Positions 13,244 through 21,223 of a DNA stretch of 64,000 nt are shown one piece after another (the first letter of the stretch is position 1; every line of letters starts with the position of its first letter). The notes under the pieces were generated by a model that searched no databases, was not told the DNA's origin, and was given only the letters and a program-made list of their open reading frames with translations. The position numbers and the translations under genes were made by a program. Origin of the DNA: a virus; IMG/VR virus record IMGVR_UViG_3300046318_000171, positions 1 through 64,000 of that record; one strand, written 5' to 3'.

Positions 13244-13927
13244 TTAGCTAGCAGCAGCATAAGCAACAATGCTGATTGCGTCACCAACAGACTTCTCGTC
13301 AGCGCCTGCGGCAACTGACTGGGTCTTGATGGTTCCAGCAACACCGGTCAACGAACCGGTTGAGTTGATGCCAGTGGTGTCTGCTACGGTGAAGCCAGTA
13401 CCCGATACGGTTACGTTACCTGAAGTGGCAGCGGTTACGGTCCAAGTGCCAACTGCGTAAGCAGGTACTGCAACAGGGGACGAGCCAGCAGCGGTTCCAA
13501 GGGCGATTGCCAACTTAGTACCTACTGGGTAAGCGGTGCTTGCTGAGGTGGTGTAAACAACTGCGCTAGTTGCGCTAGTTGCGTTGAATCGGGTGATGTC
13601 CTTAGCAGCGTTAGTTGCTGCAGTACCAACAGTAACAACAAGACCTGCATCCTCAAGGATGTCGGTTGCGTTAGCGGTGGTCTGGCCGATTACTGAAGGA
13701 ACTACGATGAAGCCAGCGCCTTCTGCACCCTCAGTGTTAGGGGTGTAAAGTGGGTAGCCGTTCCAGCCTTCGTAAGCGATTGAGTGGTTGTCAAGAGTAG
13801 CGTCAAGAAGCTCGCCGCCGTTCTCTTCACGAACGTCGTTTGGCTGTAGTGGGAAGTTACCCCATACAAAGTCAACAGCGACGTTACCTGCGGTGTCGAG
13901 CAGGTTTCCGTTTTCATTAGTTGCCAT
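13244..13927 (-). CDS. Virion protein with a split PASTA-like domain
   Basis: 'VVPSVIGQTTANATDILEDAGL' ... 'GTIKTQSVAAG' are PASTA-like halves flanking a Thr/Ala-rich insert. Confidence 0.55.
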   Translation of the reverse strand: MATNENGNLLDTAGNVAVDFVWGNFPLQPNDVREENGGELLDATLDNHSIAYEGWNGYPLYTPNTEGAEGAGFIVVPSVIGQTTANATDILEDAGLVVTVGTAATNAAKDITRFNATSATSAVVYTTSASTAYPVGTKLAIALGTAAGSSPVAVPAYAVGTWTVTAATSGNVTVSGTGFTVADTTGINSTGSLTGVAGTIKTQSVAAGADEKSVGDAISIVAYAAAS

Positions 13928-13979
13928 TATTTTTCTTTCTCTAGAGAGTTATTTGGTTCTTTCCCGTGCACGGGGAAAC

Positions 13980-14216
13980 TTATTCTTCGTCTTCACAATC
14001 ATGTGAATCTAGTTCATTTTCGTAAAGAACGTCACCACAGAATCTGCAACGGAAAAACCGCACATCGTCTAGGGCCTCGTGTAGCGAGTCCGATTCGTAA
14101 TCCTCATACTCTATGTTAGCAGCATGATAAAGCTCTGGTGGAAACGGTCCATGAGCACGATAAGGTCCTCTTGGAACATCGTGTCCTTGAACAGCAAATT
14201 TCCTGATGATAGGCAT
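13980..14216 (-). CDS. Hypothetical protein with CxxC...HxC zinc motif
   Basis: 'FRCRFCG...HDC'. Confidence 0.55.
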   Translation of the reverse strand: MPIIRKFAVQGHDVPRGPYRAHGPFPPELYHAANIEYEDYESDSLHEALDDVRFFRCRFCGDVLYENELDSHDCEDEE

Positions 14217-14470
14217 TATTCGCCTACAGCAGGTTCCGTAACCTCTTCCACAACAGGTTCTTCGGTCTTCTTCTTCGAAGACTTAGGGGCTACTGCCTCA
14301 AGTGCTTCCGCCTTCAAAGTTTCAAACTCTGCAGTGGTCTTTAGAAGACCAGACTTTTGCAACTTGTTTAGAAACACAGGAAGGTGGTACTGGCAGTAAG
14401 GGATGTTGAATGAGTCTGTTACTTCGTAAACGTATAGTGCATCTGATGTGCAGTTAGCGCATTTTGACAT
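14216..14470 (-). CDS. Hypothetical protein with CxxC...CxxH motif
   Basis: 'KCANC...YCQYH'. Confidence 0.6.
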   Translation of the reverse strand: MSKCANCTSDALYVYEVTDSFNIPYCQYHLPVFLNKLQKSGLLKTTAEFETLKAEALEAVAPKSSKKKTEEPVVEEVTEPAVGE

Positions 14471-14472
14471 TT

Positions 14473-15132
14473 TTACTTTGCTCCTTTTGGCGCTGCTGGC
14501 TTCTTAGAAGATGCTGGCTTTGGCTTAGCTGGTTTGGCTGGTTTAGCCGGTTTAGCAGCGGCAGCTTGATTAGCAGCTGCAGTTGCACTCTTCTTAGTAG
14601 CGTTTGCTCGAGTCACTCGGCGTAGAGTGCCCGCAGAACGGGTTGAGTTACCCGCCCAAGGAGCACTGCCGGTGTTTGCTCCTGCCTTTTTGCGCTCAGC
14701 AAACGTGCTCATCTTGCCTGCCCCAGTCACACGTGAAGTAGGTAGTGCTTCTGGAGCAGCAACAACAGGTTTACGCCCTTTGCTGGTTCCGTACTCTACA
14801 CTAGTAGGTGTAGCACTTATAGTCATGTTCTGTCCACGAGCGTGTGCTTTTGCTCCTAAAGAGTCTGCGTGACTCATCATTTGAATAGCACTTTCAGTAC
14901 CTAGCTGATGCATACGGGCTTCGTGCTCGTGACCCATACTCAATGTGTGAATGTCATGAGCACGGTCTAGCTCTGCCTCACTAGCGAGGTGAGCCAATCC
15001 AGCTTGGTGTTTTTTAACACTGGACACTGCTTGCACGCCGTCAGAGATGGCTGTGCCGACATCCGCCATTGCCTTAGCGACAGTGCCGCCTACGGTGCCG
15101 CCGTTGCCTAGCTTGTAAGGTTGTTTACTCAT
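14473..15132 (-). CDS. Hypothetical protein with histone-H1-like PAK-repeat tail
   Basis: C-terminal AAKPAKPAKPAKPKPA. Confidence 0.6.
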   Translation of the reverse strand: MSKQPYKLGNGGTVGGTVAKAMADVGTAISDGVQAVSSVKKHQAGLAHLASEAELDRAHDIHTLSMGHEHEARMHQLGTESAIQMMSHADSLGAKAHARGQNMTISATPTSVEYGTSKGRKPVVAAPEALPTSRVTGAGKMSTFAERKKAGANTGSAPWAGNSTRSAGTLRRVTRANATKKSATAAANQAAAAKPAKPAKPAKPKPASSKKPAAPKGAK

Positions 15133-15494
15133 GAGTCTAATTTATCCTCTACTGTGCCTAGTCTGCTGTCTAAACTCTTAAACATTTGATTGCCGTCTTC
15201 TAGGCGAGCGTCAATCTCGTTTAACTTTTTTTCTACTCTTTTTAGCGAATCTTTCATAGAAGAACCGCCATTGTGCTTAAGTTCACCGTCAATACGGTTT
15301 AGGCGCTCCATAACACCAGGAACCTTAGCTCGACCTGGAGCCTCTTCCTCACCTTCCCAGTCACGAACAAACTTGTCCAAAGAGTTGAGAAGGTTTTGGG
15401 TCTTTCGGATGATTGGTCTGGTAAGTTTCCAGATAACGCCCACAGCGCCTCCCACGGCAATAATAGTGGTCGCCCACATAGTAACTTCGTTCAC
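15129..15494 (-). CDS. Membrane protein (holin-associated) with coiled coil
   Basis: One N-terminal TM segment; 'ELKHNGGSSMKD' motif common in actinophage lysis-region proteins; GTG start at 15494 after GGAG preferred over 15569. Confidence 0.7.
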   Translation of the reverse strand: MNEVTMWATTIIAVGGAVGVIWKLTRPIIRKTQNLLNSLDKFVRDWEGEEEAPGRAKVPGVMERLNRIDGELKHNGGSSMKDSLKRVEKKLNEIDARLEDGNQMFKSLDSRLGTVEDKLDS

Positions 15495-15498
15495 CGGG

Positions 15499-15684
15499 TT
15501 ATCTCCGACCAACTCGGTTACCGCCACCGAATCCCTCTGAGTTTTGTCGCCCTCGTCTAGCCCAAGCAAACGCTGTTTGCCTGTTAGTTGGAGACCTATC
15601 TTCTGCTCTCATAACCTGGGTAAACTCCGACCCCAAACTAACCTTTTTACGGTTGTTTGGGGTCAGGAGCGTACGTTTCATCAT
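15499..15684 (-). CDS. Hypothetical basic protein
   Basis: 61 aa ORF coupled to the holin stop. Confidence 0.45.
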   Translation of the reverse strand: MMKRTLLTPNNRKKVSLGSEFTQVMRAEDRSPTNRQTAFAWARRGRQNSEGFGGGNRVGRR

Positions 15685-16076
15685 TACTTAGCGTCTTCTC
15701 CAGGAGCGACAGATGCGTCATCATCGTCGTCGTCTTCGTTCAAGTCGTCGTCTGAATCCCAGTTGACGTCGTCGAAATCGAAGTTTCCGTCTTCTTTAAC
15801 TTTCAGTGCTGCTTCTAGGTTTTCGTTACCCTCAGCGGCCTTGGCAACCGCTGCACGGAAAGCGTTAGCGATGTCCTGAGGGTTCAAAGTTCCTGACCAA
15901 GCAAGGGTCACACCAATGGTGGTAAGAACAACAGCGAAAGCTGAACCCACACCAATAAGCGAACCAAGTACCCAGTCACCGTCGGTAGCGATTGCGCCAA
16001 CACCAGTGCCAGCAAAGAAGGTTGCAAATAGCAAACCAATTGCTCTGGCAACAATTTGTTTAATAAGGTCTTTCAT
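15684..16076 (-). CDS. Putative holin
   Basis: Two hydrophobic segments and an acidic tail; directly downstream of the endolysin. Confidence 0.65.
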   Translation of the reverse strand: MKDLIKQIVARAIGLLFATFFAGTGVGAIATDGDWVLGSLIGVGSAFAVVLTTIGVTLAWSGTLNPQDIANAFRAAVAKAAEGNENLEAALKVKEDGNFDFDDVNWDSDDDLNEDDDDDDASVAPGEDAK

Positions 16077-16558
16077 TATTTAGTTCCTTCTGCAGCTACT
16101 GCTGCTGGAGTAGAGTTCTTGTTAGTCAGCTTGACAAGGTCAACCTTGTCAGCAGTCACACCGAATACACCCTTTACCTTGCGGCTGGCTGTGGCATGAA
16201 GGTGATTTCCAGATGAGGCGGTGCCCGTTGTTCCTACAAGGCCGATAGTTTCGCCAACCTTGATTGGGTCACCAACCTTTAGGGTAGGAGCCTTCTGTAG
16301 GTGGCAGTACCCGATGTACCAGATGTTGCCTTCTTTGTCCGCAACTGACTGAACGATTACGTGACCTAGAATCTTTGACTCACCAACAAACTTGATTCGA
16401 CCGTTACCAACGGCTGGAATCTTGGTTCCACCAGGCATAGCCCAGTCAGTACCAGAGTGTGGCTGCATCTTGTTCTTCTTGCGAAATGCACTCATTTCAC
16501 CGTAGTGCTCGGTTACCTTCTTTTCAGAGAATGGTAGTTTCCATGGAGTAAAAGCCAT
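16076..16558 (-). CDS. M23 family peptidase (endolysin)
   Basis: 'HSGTD' (HxxxD), 'YCHL' and 'GTTGTASSGNHLH' (HxH) motifs. Confidence 0.9.
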   Translation of the reverse strand: MAFTPWKLPFSEKKVTEHYGEMSAFRKKNKMQPHSGTDWAMPGGTKIPAVGNGRIKFVGESKILGHVIVQSVADKEGNIWYIGYCHLQKAPTLKVGDPIKVGETIGLVGTTGTASSGNHLHATASRKVKGVFGVTADKVDLVKLTNKNSTPAAVAAEGTK

Positions 16559-16590
16559 GTTGTTCCTTTCGGGTATTTATCTATTGTCGG

Positions 16591-16818
16591 TTATTGTGCC
16601 AAATTTAACTGCGCTAATTCCTTAGCAAGTTCTGCTTTAGCGAATGCACGTCGATACGCCCTCATGAATCCCTGCTGAAATGCTTGGAATTCCTGGCGAG
16701 TCCACGTCTTGTCTTCGTAGTATGCGATTGCTTCCTCGAATGCAAGTTTTTGAATGTCTTTGTATTTAGGAGTGTGGTAATACATCCAGTACCTAGTCCA
16801 ATAAGTGAGCCAAGACAT
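16591..16818 (-). CDS. Hypothetical protein
   Basis: 75 aa ORF. Confidence 0.5.
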   Translation of the reverse strand: MSWLTYWTRYWMYYHTPKYKDIQKLAFEEAIAYYEDKTWTRQEFQAFQQGFMRAYRRAFAKAELAKELAQLNLAQ

Positions 16819-16824
16819 AAGGCA

Positions 16825-16992
16825 TCACTCTTTCGGATTGCGTAGACGGTAGGTTACCGACCACAGGGCTAGGGTTCCGATAATGCAATAGCCCACGATG
16901 GTCTTCGCAGACCCTTCGAGAACTACCCATGCAACGAACATACCGAGCAAGGTCCACACCTGGCCCAGTAGGTCATTTATGAATTTCTTCAT
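16825..16992 (-). CDS. Small two-TM membrane protein (not in ORF track)
   Basis: MKKFINDLLGQVWTLLGMFVAWVVLEGSAKTIVGYCIIGTLALWSVTYRLRNPKE; ATGA overlap with the upstream gene. Confidence 0.7.
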   Translation of the reverse strand: MKKFINDLLGQVWTLLGMFVAWVVLEGSAKTIVGYCIIGTLALWSVTYRLRNPKE

Positions 16993-18401
16993 TGTTCTTT
17001 CCTTCTGATAGTTGATTCTGCTGAAACTGCTCCGCCACCAGACGAGCCACCTGTAGTTCCTCCAGATGTTGGTGCTGCTGCCACGGCAGCGGCTGCTGTA
17101 GCCGCTCCTACGGTTGCTTGAACTGCTGCGCCTGTTGCAATAACAGACGCAATAACGGTCTTCTCAGCCTCTTCACGGACCGCAGGGGCCATGTCAGCAC
17201 CGACGTTTCCAAGGGCGTTGAAAGACTCAAGCACAGCGGTGGCTACTGCTCCAACCACAGGGACAGCGGCAAGTTCTTCTGAGACCTCCGGGTCATCCGC
17301 TACTGCGGCTACTGCCAAGGCTTCAAGGGCCTGCTCGTATTCTGGAGAGCCCTGCTCTGTGTTAGCCAAGACCTCTTCAGCCGCAGATACAAGTTCTTCA
17401 ATTTCAGTATCAGTTAGTTCTTCCGGCTTAACCGCAGTCAAGTCCTCGATTAGGGCAACGGATTCTTCGGTGGGATTGCTCGGCTCTGGTTCTGGTGTCG
17501 GTTCGGGCTCAGGTGCTGTTGGCTCTTCAACAGGCTCCTCGGACGGCGAAGGCGCTGGACTTGGTTCAGGTGTGACACTGGGTTCAGGCTCTGGCGTCGG
17601 GTCAACTGTTGGCTCCTCCGTAGGTGTAGGTGTTGGCTCAGGAGTAGGCTCAGGAGTTGGAACCACAACAGGCGGCACTACAGGCTCCGGTGTTTGTGTT
17701 GGGACAGGTGTAGGAGTTGGAGTTGGCTCAACTACAGGAGTGGCTTGAAGAGGAACAATGCCCCAAGTAAAACGGGTCACCTTGACCACGCCGCCACAAG
17801 GGTCGCCAAATGTCCCGTTATCTAGGGGGATAGTGGCCGTGGTCTGACCGAGCATGTAGGTGCCCATAATTTCAGACACATCAAGGCCACAGTTCCAGTC
17901 GGTTGGGGAGCCGTACCAGCCACGGACGTAAGCAAACTCCCAGCCTTCAGGTGCGGTCAGAGTGACAGACTCGCCTTCCCAGTTCTCCTGTGCCCACCAG
18001 TTTGGCTCAGGTACAACTAGCGGAGTAGAACTGACTTCCATGATTGGGCCATAGTTGCCGCTCCAGTAGCCGTTATCGATGCCCTCTAGCTTTAGAGTCT
18101 GGGTGCCAGTAATCTCAAACGTGTATGTACGGGCTGCGTGCTTCTCGGTTACTTCAATAACCTGGGAGCCTAGGGTAATTCGGTAGGAGTCAATGACCTC
18201 ACCGTCAAATCCGATTTTGTTCGTGATGTCGTTAGTAACGACTACCGTTACTATTTCGTCGGTAAACGTGAAGTTGTGTTCAGTCCAGTAGTAAGTGAAC
18301 TGAATAGTTGTACTTGCGTACGCTGGTGTGGCGAATAGGAGCGGTCCAAAAACAACAGTTAGTATTCCAAATGATGCTGCGAGTTTACGCAGTCGATTCA
18401 T
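16989..18401 (-). CDS. Secreted/membrane-anchored protein with Pro-Thr-Glu stalk
   Basis: Signal peptide ending AYA, two beta domains, long PTPEP linker, C-terminal hydrophobic Ala/Val stretch and basic stop 'RRKEQ'. Confidence 0.75.
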   Translation of the reverse strand: MNRLRKLAASFGILTVVFGPLLFATPAYASTTIQFTYYWTEHNFTFTDEIVTVVVTNDITNKIGFDGEVIDSYRITLGSQVIEVTEKHAARTYTFEITGTQTLKLEGIDNGYWSGNYGPIMEVSSTPLVVPEPNWWAQENWEGESVTLTAPEGWEFAYVRGWYGSPTDWNCGLDVSEIMGTYMLGQTTATIPLDNGTFGDPCGGVVKVTRFTWGIVPLQATPVVEPTPTPTPVPTQTPEPVVPPVVVPTPEPTPEPTPTPTEEPTVDPTPEPEPSVTPEPSPAPSPSEEPVEEPTAPEPEPTPEPEPSNPTEESVALIEDLTAVKPEELTDTEIEELVSAAEEVLANTEQGSPEYEQALEALAVAAVADDPEVSEELAAVPVVGAVATAVLESFNALGNVGADMAPAVREEAEKTVIASVIATGAAVQATVGAATAAAAVAAAPTSGGTTGGSSGGGAVSAESTIRRKEQ

Positions 18402-18482
18402 TGTCTCCTAAGTTAACCAGGGGGCACTGGTCACCTCTGCCAGCACCCCCTGTCTCGTTACCTTGTCGGGGTTTCCTTCCAC

Positions 18483-18529
18483 TTGCACGTGGCAGGTCTG
18501 TGAGTGTAAAATAATCTTATGATAAGATT
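18483..18529 (+). promoter_or_regulatory. Sigma70-type promoter (TTGCAC-18-TAAAAT) with overlapping palindrome AATCTTAT-G-ATAAGATT
   Basis: -35 at 18483-18488, -10 at 18507-18512, ATG 6 nt after the -10 (leaderless); 8-bp inverted repeat at 18513-18529. Confidence 0.55.
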
Positions 18530-18680
18530 TCTCCTACTCTGCTGGCTGGTGCTGTGCACCCTTTTTATGACTTTTCTTTTTTTGCTGTCTTACGGCTCAA
18601 AAGATAAGTTCGCTAAAAAACTTCGTTTATTCGGTTATAGCGCAACCATTGCTGGTTGGGTGTACTTCCTTCTTAGCTAG
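18519..18680 (+). CDS. Small two-TM membrane protein, leaderless, opposite strand (not in ORF track)
   Basis: MIRFLLLCWLVLCTLFMTFLFLLSYGSKDKFAKKLRLFGYSATIAGWVYFLLS, 53 aa; fills an otherwise empty gap. Confidence 0.6.
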   Translation: MIRFLLLCWLVLCTLFMTFLFLLSYGSKDKFAKKLRLFGYSATIAGWVYFLLS

Positions 18681-18990
18681 CGGCTGTGCCGCCAACGCTT
18701 GACCCAGTTGGTGCGCCATCTAGACCAGCATCAATTGCTGTCTGTGAACCGTAGTATTGTCCTGATTGAGCTGCGCTCAAGTTTGACCCCGTGTCTGTTG
18801 CTTTAGGGTCTAGTTCGGTAAGTCCTCCAGTTACATTAGGGTAACCGTCCCAATACCAGCCAAGGCCTCCGCCTCCGTAGGTTACCCCACTGACTTGTGC
18901 CAAGCCTTGGTCTAAATACTGTCCTACGCCCCTACGAGGGCCACCAAACATCCCGGTAGCCTTATCGTTTAGTTGACGCTGCTGCTGCAT
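18673..18990 (-). CDS. Hypothetical Gly-rich protein
   Basis: 105 aa ORF. Confidence 0.55.
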   Translation of the reverse strand: MQQQRQLNDKATGMFGGPRRGVGQYLDQGLAQVSGVTYGGGGLGWYWDGYPNVTGGLTELDPKATDTGSNLSAAQSGQYYGSQTAIDAGLDGAPTGSSVGGTAAS

Positions 18991-19178
18991 TACTGGTGCC
19001 CCGTGTATTCAACTTCAGAAGCAGACGCTTCCTTCTCTGGGCCCATGCCCTCAAACTTGTTTGTTTGGCTACCAGGGCCGTCAAACTTGCGGTCATACGA
19101 CATAGCGATACCCTCGTCACCTAGCGCACCGTATGTGTGCGGGGTGAAGTTCTCAAACTGGTGACTTAACATACTCAT
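18990..19178 (-). CDS. Hypothetical protein
   Basis: 62 aa ORF, TAATG coupling to the next gene. Confidence 0.55.
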   Translation of the reverse strand: MSMLSHQFENFTPHTYGALGDEGIAMSYDRKFDGPGSQTNKFEGMGPEKEASASEVEYTGHQ

Positions 19179-19186
19179 AGAATAGC

Positions 19187-19210
19187 AAAAGGGGTCCCTT
19201 TCGGGACCCC
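19187..19210 (-). terminator. Intrinsic terminator
   Basis: GGGGTCCC-GAAA-GGGACCCC-TTTT after the NlpC/P60 gene. Confidence 0.75.
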
Positions 19211-19216
19211 TAATGT

Positions 19217-19753
19217 TTAGAGAGTTTCTATTAATCGCACAAACTTAACTGTGCTTCCTTTGAACGATGGGGAATCCAACGAGATAATCTGCGTCGTAGT
19301 TCCCTTACGGAATCCTGCATGAATTGCTTTTCCATCACCGATGTAAATTCCTGCGTGGTAGTAAGACTTGGAGCCTTTGTAGCCCCATACCACGATGTCT
19401 CCAACCTTCGGGTCTTTTACACCCTCGGTTAGGTGACCCAGCTTGTTAGCTGAGTGCGGTACTTCAATTCTTAACTGCTGATAAGCCCAGTAGACAAGAC
19501 CGGAACAGTCCCACCCACTAGGTGTTGCACCAGAGAACACGTACCATGTTTTGCCAATACGCTTTTCTAGTTTGTTTACTACTGACTGAACTCTCTGTCC
19601 TTCAGCCATCAAAGTGACTTTGTCCATTAGTTCAGGTGCAGGTTTCACAACCTGCTTAACGGCTACTGCACTAGCCTCTGCCGACATCCCGACACTTGCG
19701 GAACATCCTGTCATTACTAGTGCAATAACACTAACTGCAATGAGCTTTTTCAT
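19217..19753 (-). CDS. NlpC/P60 family peptidoglycan endopeptidase (lipoprotein-like signal)
   Basis: 'YVFSGATPSGWDCSGLV', 'GDIV', 'HAGIYIGDGKAIHA'; 'MTGC' lipobox-like. Confidence 0.92.
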   Translation of the reverse strand: MKKLIAVSVIALVMTGCSASVGMSAEASAVAVKQVVKPAPELMDKVTLMAEGQRVQSVVNKLEKRIGKTWYVFSGATPSGWDCSGLVYWAYQQLRIEVPHSANKLGHLTEGVKDPKVGDIVVWGYKGSKSYYHAGIYIGDGKAIHAGFRKGTTTQIISLDSPSFKGSTVKFVRLIETL

Positions 19754-19880
19754 TAGGCGACCTACCTTTCACTGTTGTTTAGTTCTTGGTCGTTTCTTGT
19801 ACGAGCTTTTTCGCACCACTATTCAGTTGTAAAGAAAACCCTAGCACAGATGCGCTAGGGTCACAAGATGCTAACTTGAG

Positions 19881-20054
19881 TTATTCTTTATGGGCCCAAC
19901 CGCCGCCTTTAAACGACAACGCCACGCCTCCAAGGACCTGAATCATAGGCTTGTTGCACTTGCCACAGAAGTAGCCAGGGTCGTCATCGTGGATGCTGCG
20001 GACAACATTCATAGTCTGCTCACAGGTTTGGCATTTGTATTCATAACTAGGCAT
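19881..20054 (-). CDS. FmdB-family zinc ribbon protein (not in ORF track)
   Basis: MPSYEYKCQTC...CGKC...FKGGGW. Confidence 0.8.
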   Translation of the reverse strand: MPSYEYKCQTCEQTMNVVRSIHDDDPGYFCGKCNKPMIQVLGGVALSFKGGGWAHKE

Positions 20055-20334
20055 TGGTCTCCTCCGCAGGAAGAACAGGCTCTACACCAAGGTCGTGGCA
20101 CTTCTGTACGTACTTGTCACGGCACTTCAACAAGTACTCTGCAATTTCTGCACGACGTTCGTCAATCTTGTCGACGAGCTCCATGTACTGCTCGTCACTT
20201 AGTTCGTTGCGGTGTCCGTCAATGATTGACGCAGACTTCTCAACTTCCCCAAGAAGTCCAGCAACGTGAAGCTGCTCACGCTCCCAAACATTAGTTGCGT
20301 GTGCAAGGTCTTTATCTTTTTTCTTAGTCGACAT
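20047..20334 (-). CDS. Hypothetical protein
   Basis: 95 aa helical ORF in the operon. Confidence 0.55.
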   Translation of the reverse strand: MSTKKKDKDLAHATNVWEREQLHVAGLLGEVEKSASIIDGHRNELSDEQYMELVDKIDERRAEIAEYLLKCRDKYVQKCHDLGVEPVLPAEETNA

Positions 20335-20635
20335 AAGGGGCTACCTTTTCTGTTAGTACTCCGAGTGGCTTAGCGCCGGTGAGGGTCCAGACGAGTTCTC
20401 CGTCTTTAAACAGAATCATTGTAGGGATGCTACTGATTCCGAATTCTTCTACAAGGTCTGCGTTGTTATCTGCATCGACCTTAACAATCTTTAGGCTAGG
20501 AGTTTCTTCTTCAAGCTTCTGGAAAACAGGAAGCATCATCTTGCATGGCTGGCACCAAGTAGCCCAAAAGTCTACAAGAACCAAACCACCATCCTGAACT
20601 TCTTCGCTCCACTGTTCGGCGGTAATGTCAATCAT
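20324..20635 (-). CDS. trxA: Thioredoxin
   Basis: 'VLVDFWATWCQPCK', 'SIPT'. Confidence 0.93.
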   Translation of the reverse strand: MIDITAEQWSEEVQDGGLVLVDFWATWCQPCKMMLPVFQKLEEETPSLKIVKVDADNNADLVEEFGISSIPTMILFKDGELVWTLTGAKPLGVLTEKVAPYVD

Positions 20636-20636
20636 T

Positions 20637-20981
20637 TTATTCTTTCTCTAATAAGTAAGAGAGAACGTCCGGGTTGTCACGAAGAACAAGAAGAACGCCC
20701 TCTTCATACATTGCGATGTAGTAGTGCTCCCACACATCGGCATCCTCACCCTTCTTAGGAGTGACAGGATTACCAAAACTAAATTTAATGGCATGGAGGA
20801 TTTCATGCAAGAGCGTCTGTCGTTTACGACTAGGAGCAGCAGTGCTCTCAATGACGATAAGATTTTCTCGGCTTAGGTTATAGCCGTAACTGCCCTCGTC
20901 TAGCATGCCATCACGATTGCGGGGCTTCTCTACGATGTCCCAAGTCTGGGTGCCAATCTGCACCTTTTTAGGTAATGCCAT
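20637..20981 (-). CDS. HExxH metallopeptidase-like protein
   Basis: 'QTLLHEILHAI'. Confidence 0.7.
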   Translation of the reverse strand: MALPKKVQIGTQTWDIVEKPRNRDGMLDEGSYGYNLSRENLIVIESTAAPSRKRQTLLHEILHAIKFSFGNPVTPKKGEDADVWEHYYIAMYEEGVLLVLRDNPDVLSYLLEKE

Positions 20982-21017
20982 TTGTGCTCCTTGTTGTCGA
21001 ACACTAAGTATAGCAAC

Positions 21018-21092
21018 TGGCTGACCATCCAGGGGTCGAACCTGGGACCTTGGAGTTAACAGCTCCCTGCTCTGCCTCTGAGCTAATGGTCA
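21018..21092 (-). tRNA. tRNA-Asn (GTT)
   Basis: Acceptor TGACCAT/ATGGTCA + G + CCA; D arm GCTC/GAGC; anticodon loop CT-GTT-AA; T loop GGTTCGACCCC. Confidence 0.95.
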
Positions 21093-21186
21093 AGGAGAGG
21101 AGCCCCAGCGAGAAAGGAGGTAAACGCTGAGGCTCCCGTACCGAGAGTGTTACAGAGGTGATGAGTGAGAGGAACCCAAGTAACAG
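21093..21186 (-). ncRNA. Putative small RNA (tRNA 5' leader) with anti-SD loop ACCUCCUUUCU
   Basis: 12-bp stem 21099-21110/21125-21136 with a 14-nt loop; second GTTAC/GTAAC hairpin; upstream promoter. Confidence 0.5.
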
Positions 21187-21190
21187 GTCA

Positions 21191-21220
21191 ATCTTAGAAC
21201 GCCCCTGTAGGATTTGTCAA
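21191..21220 (-). promoter_or_regulatory. Sigma70-type promoter TTGACA-18-TAAGAT
   Basis: Consensus -35 at 21220-21215 and -10 at 21196-21191, upstream of the leader and tRNA. Confidence 0.65.
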
Positions 21221-21223
21221 GGC

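Noticed and set aside
19754-19862. c-di-AMP (ydaO) riboswitch before NlpC/P60
   Set aside because: Leader too short and lacks recognisable ydaO consensus segments
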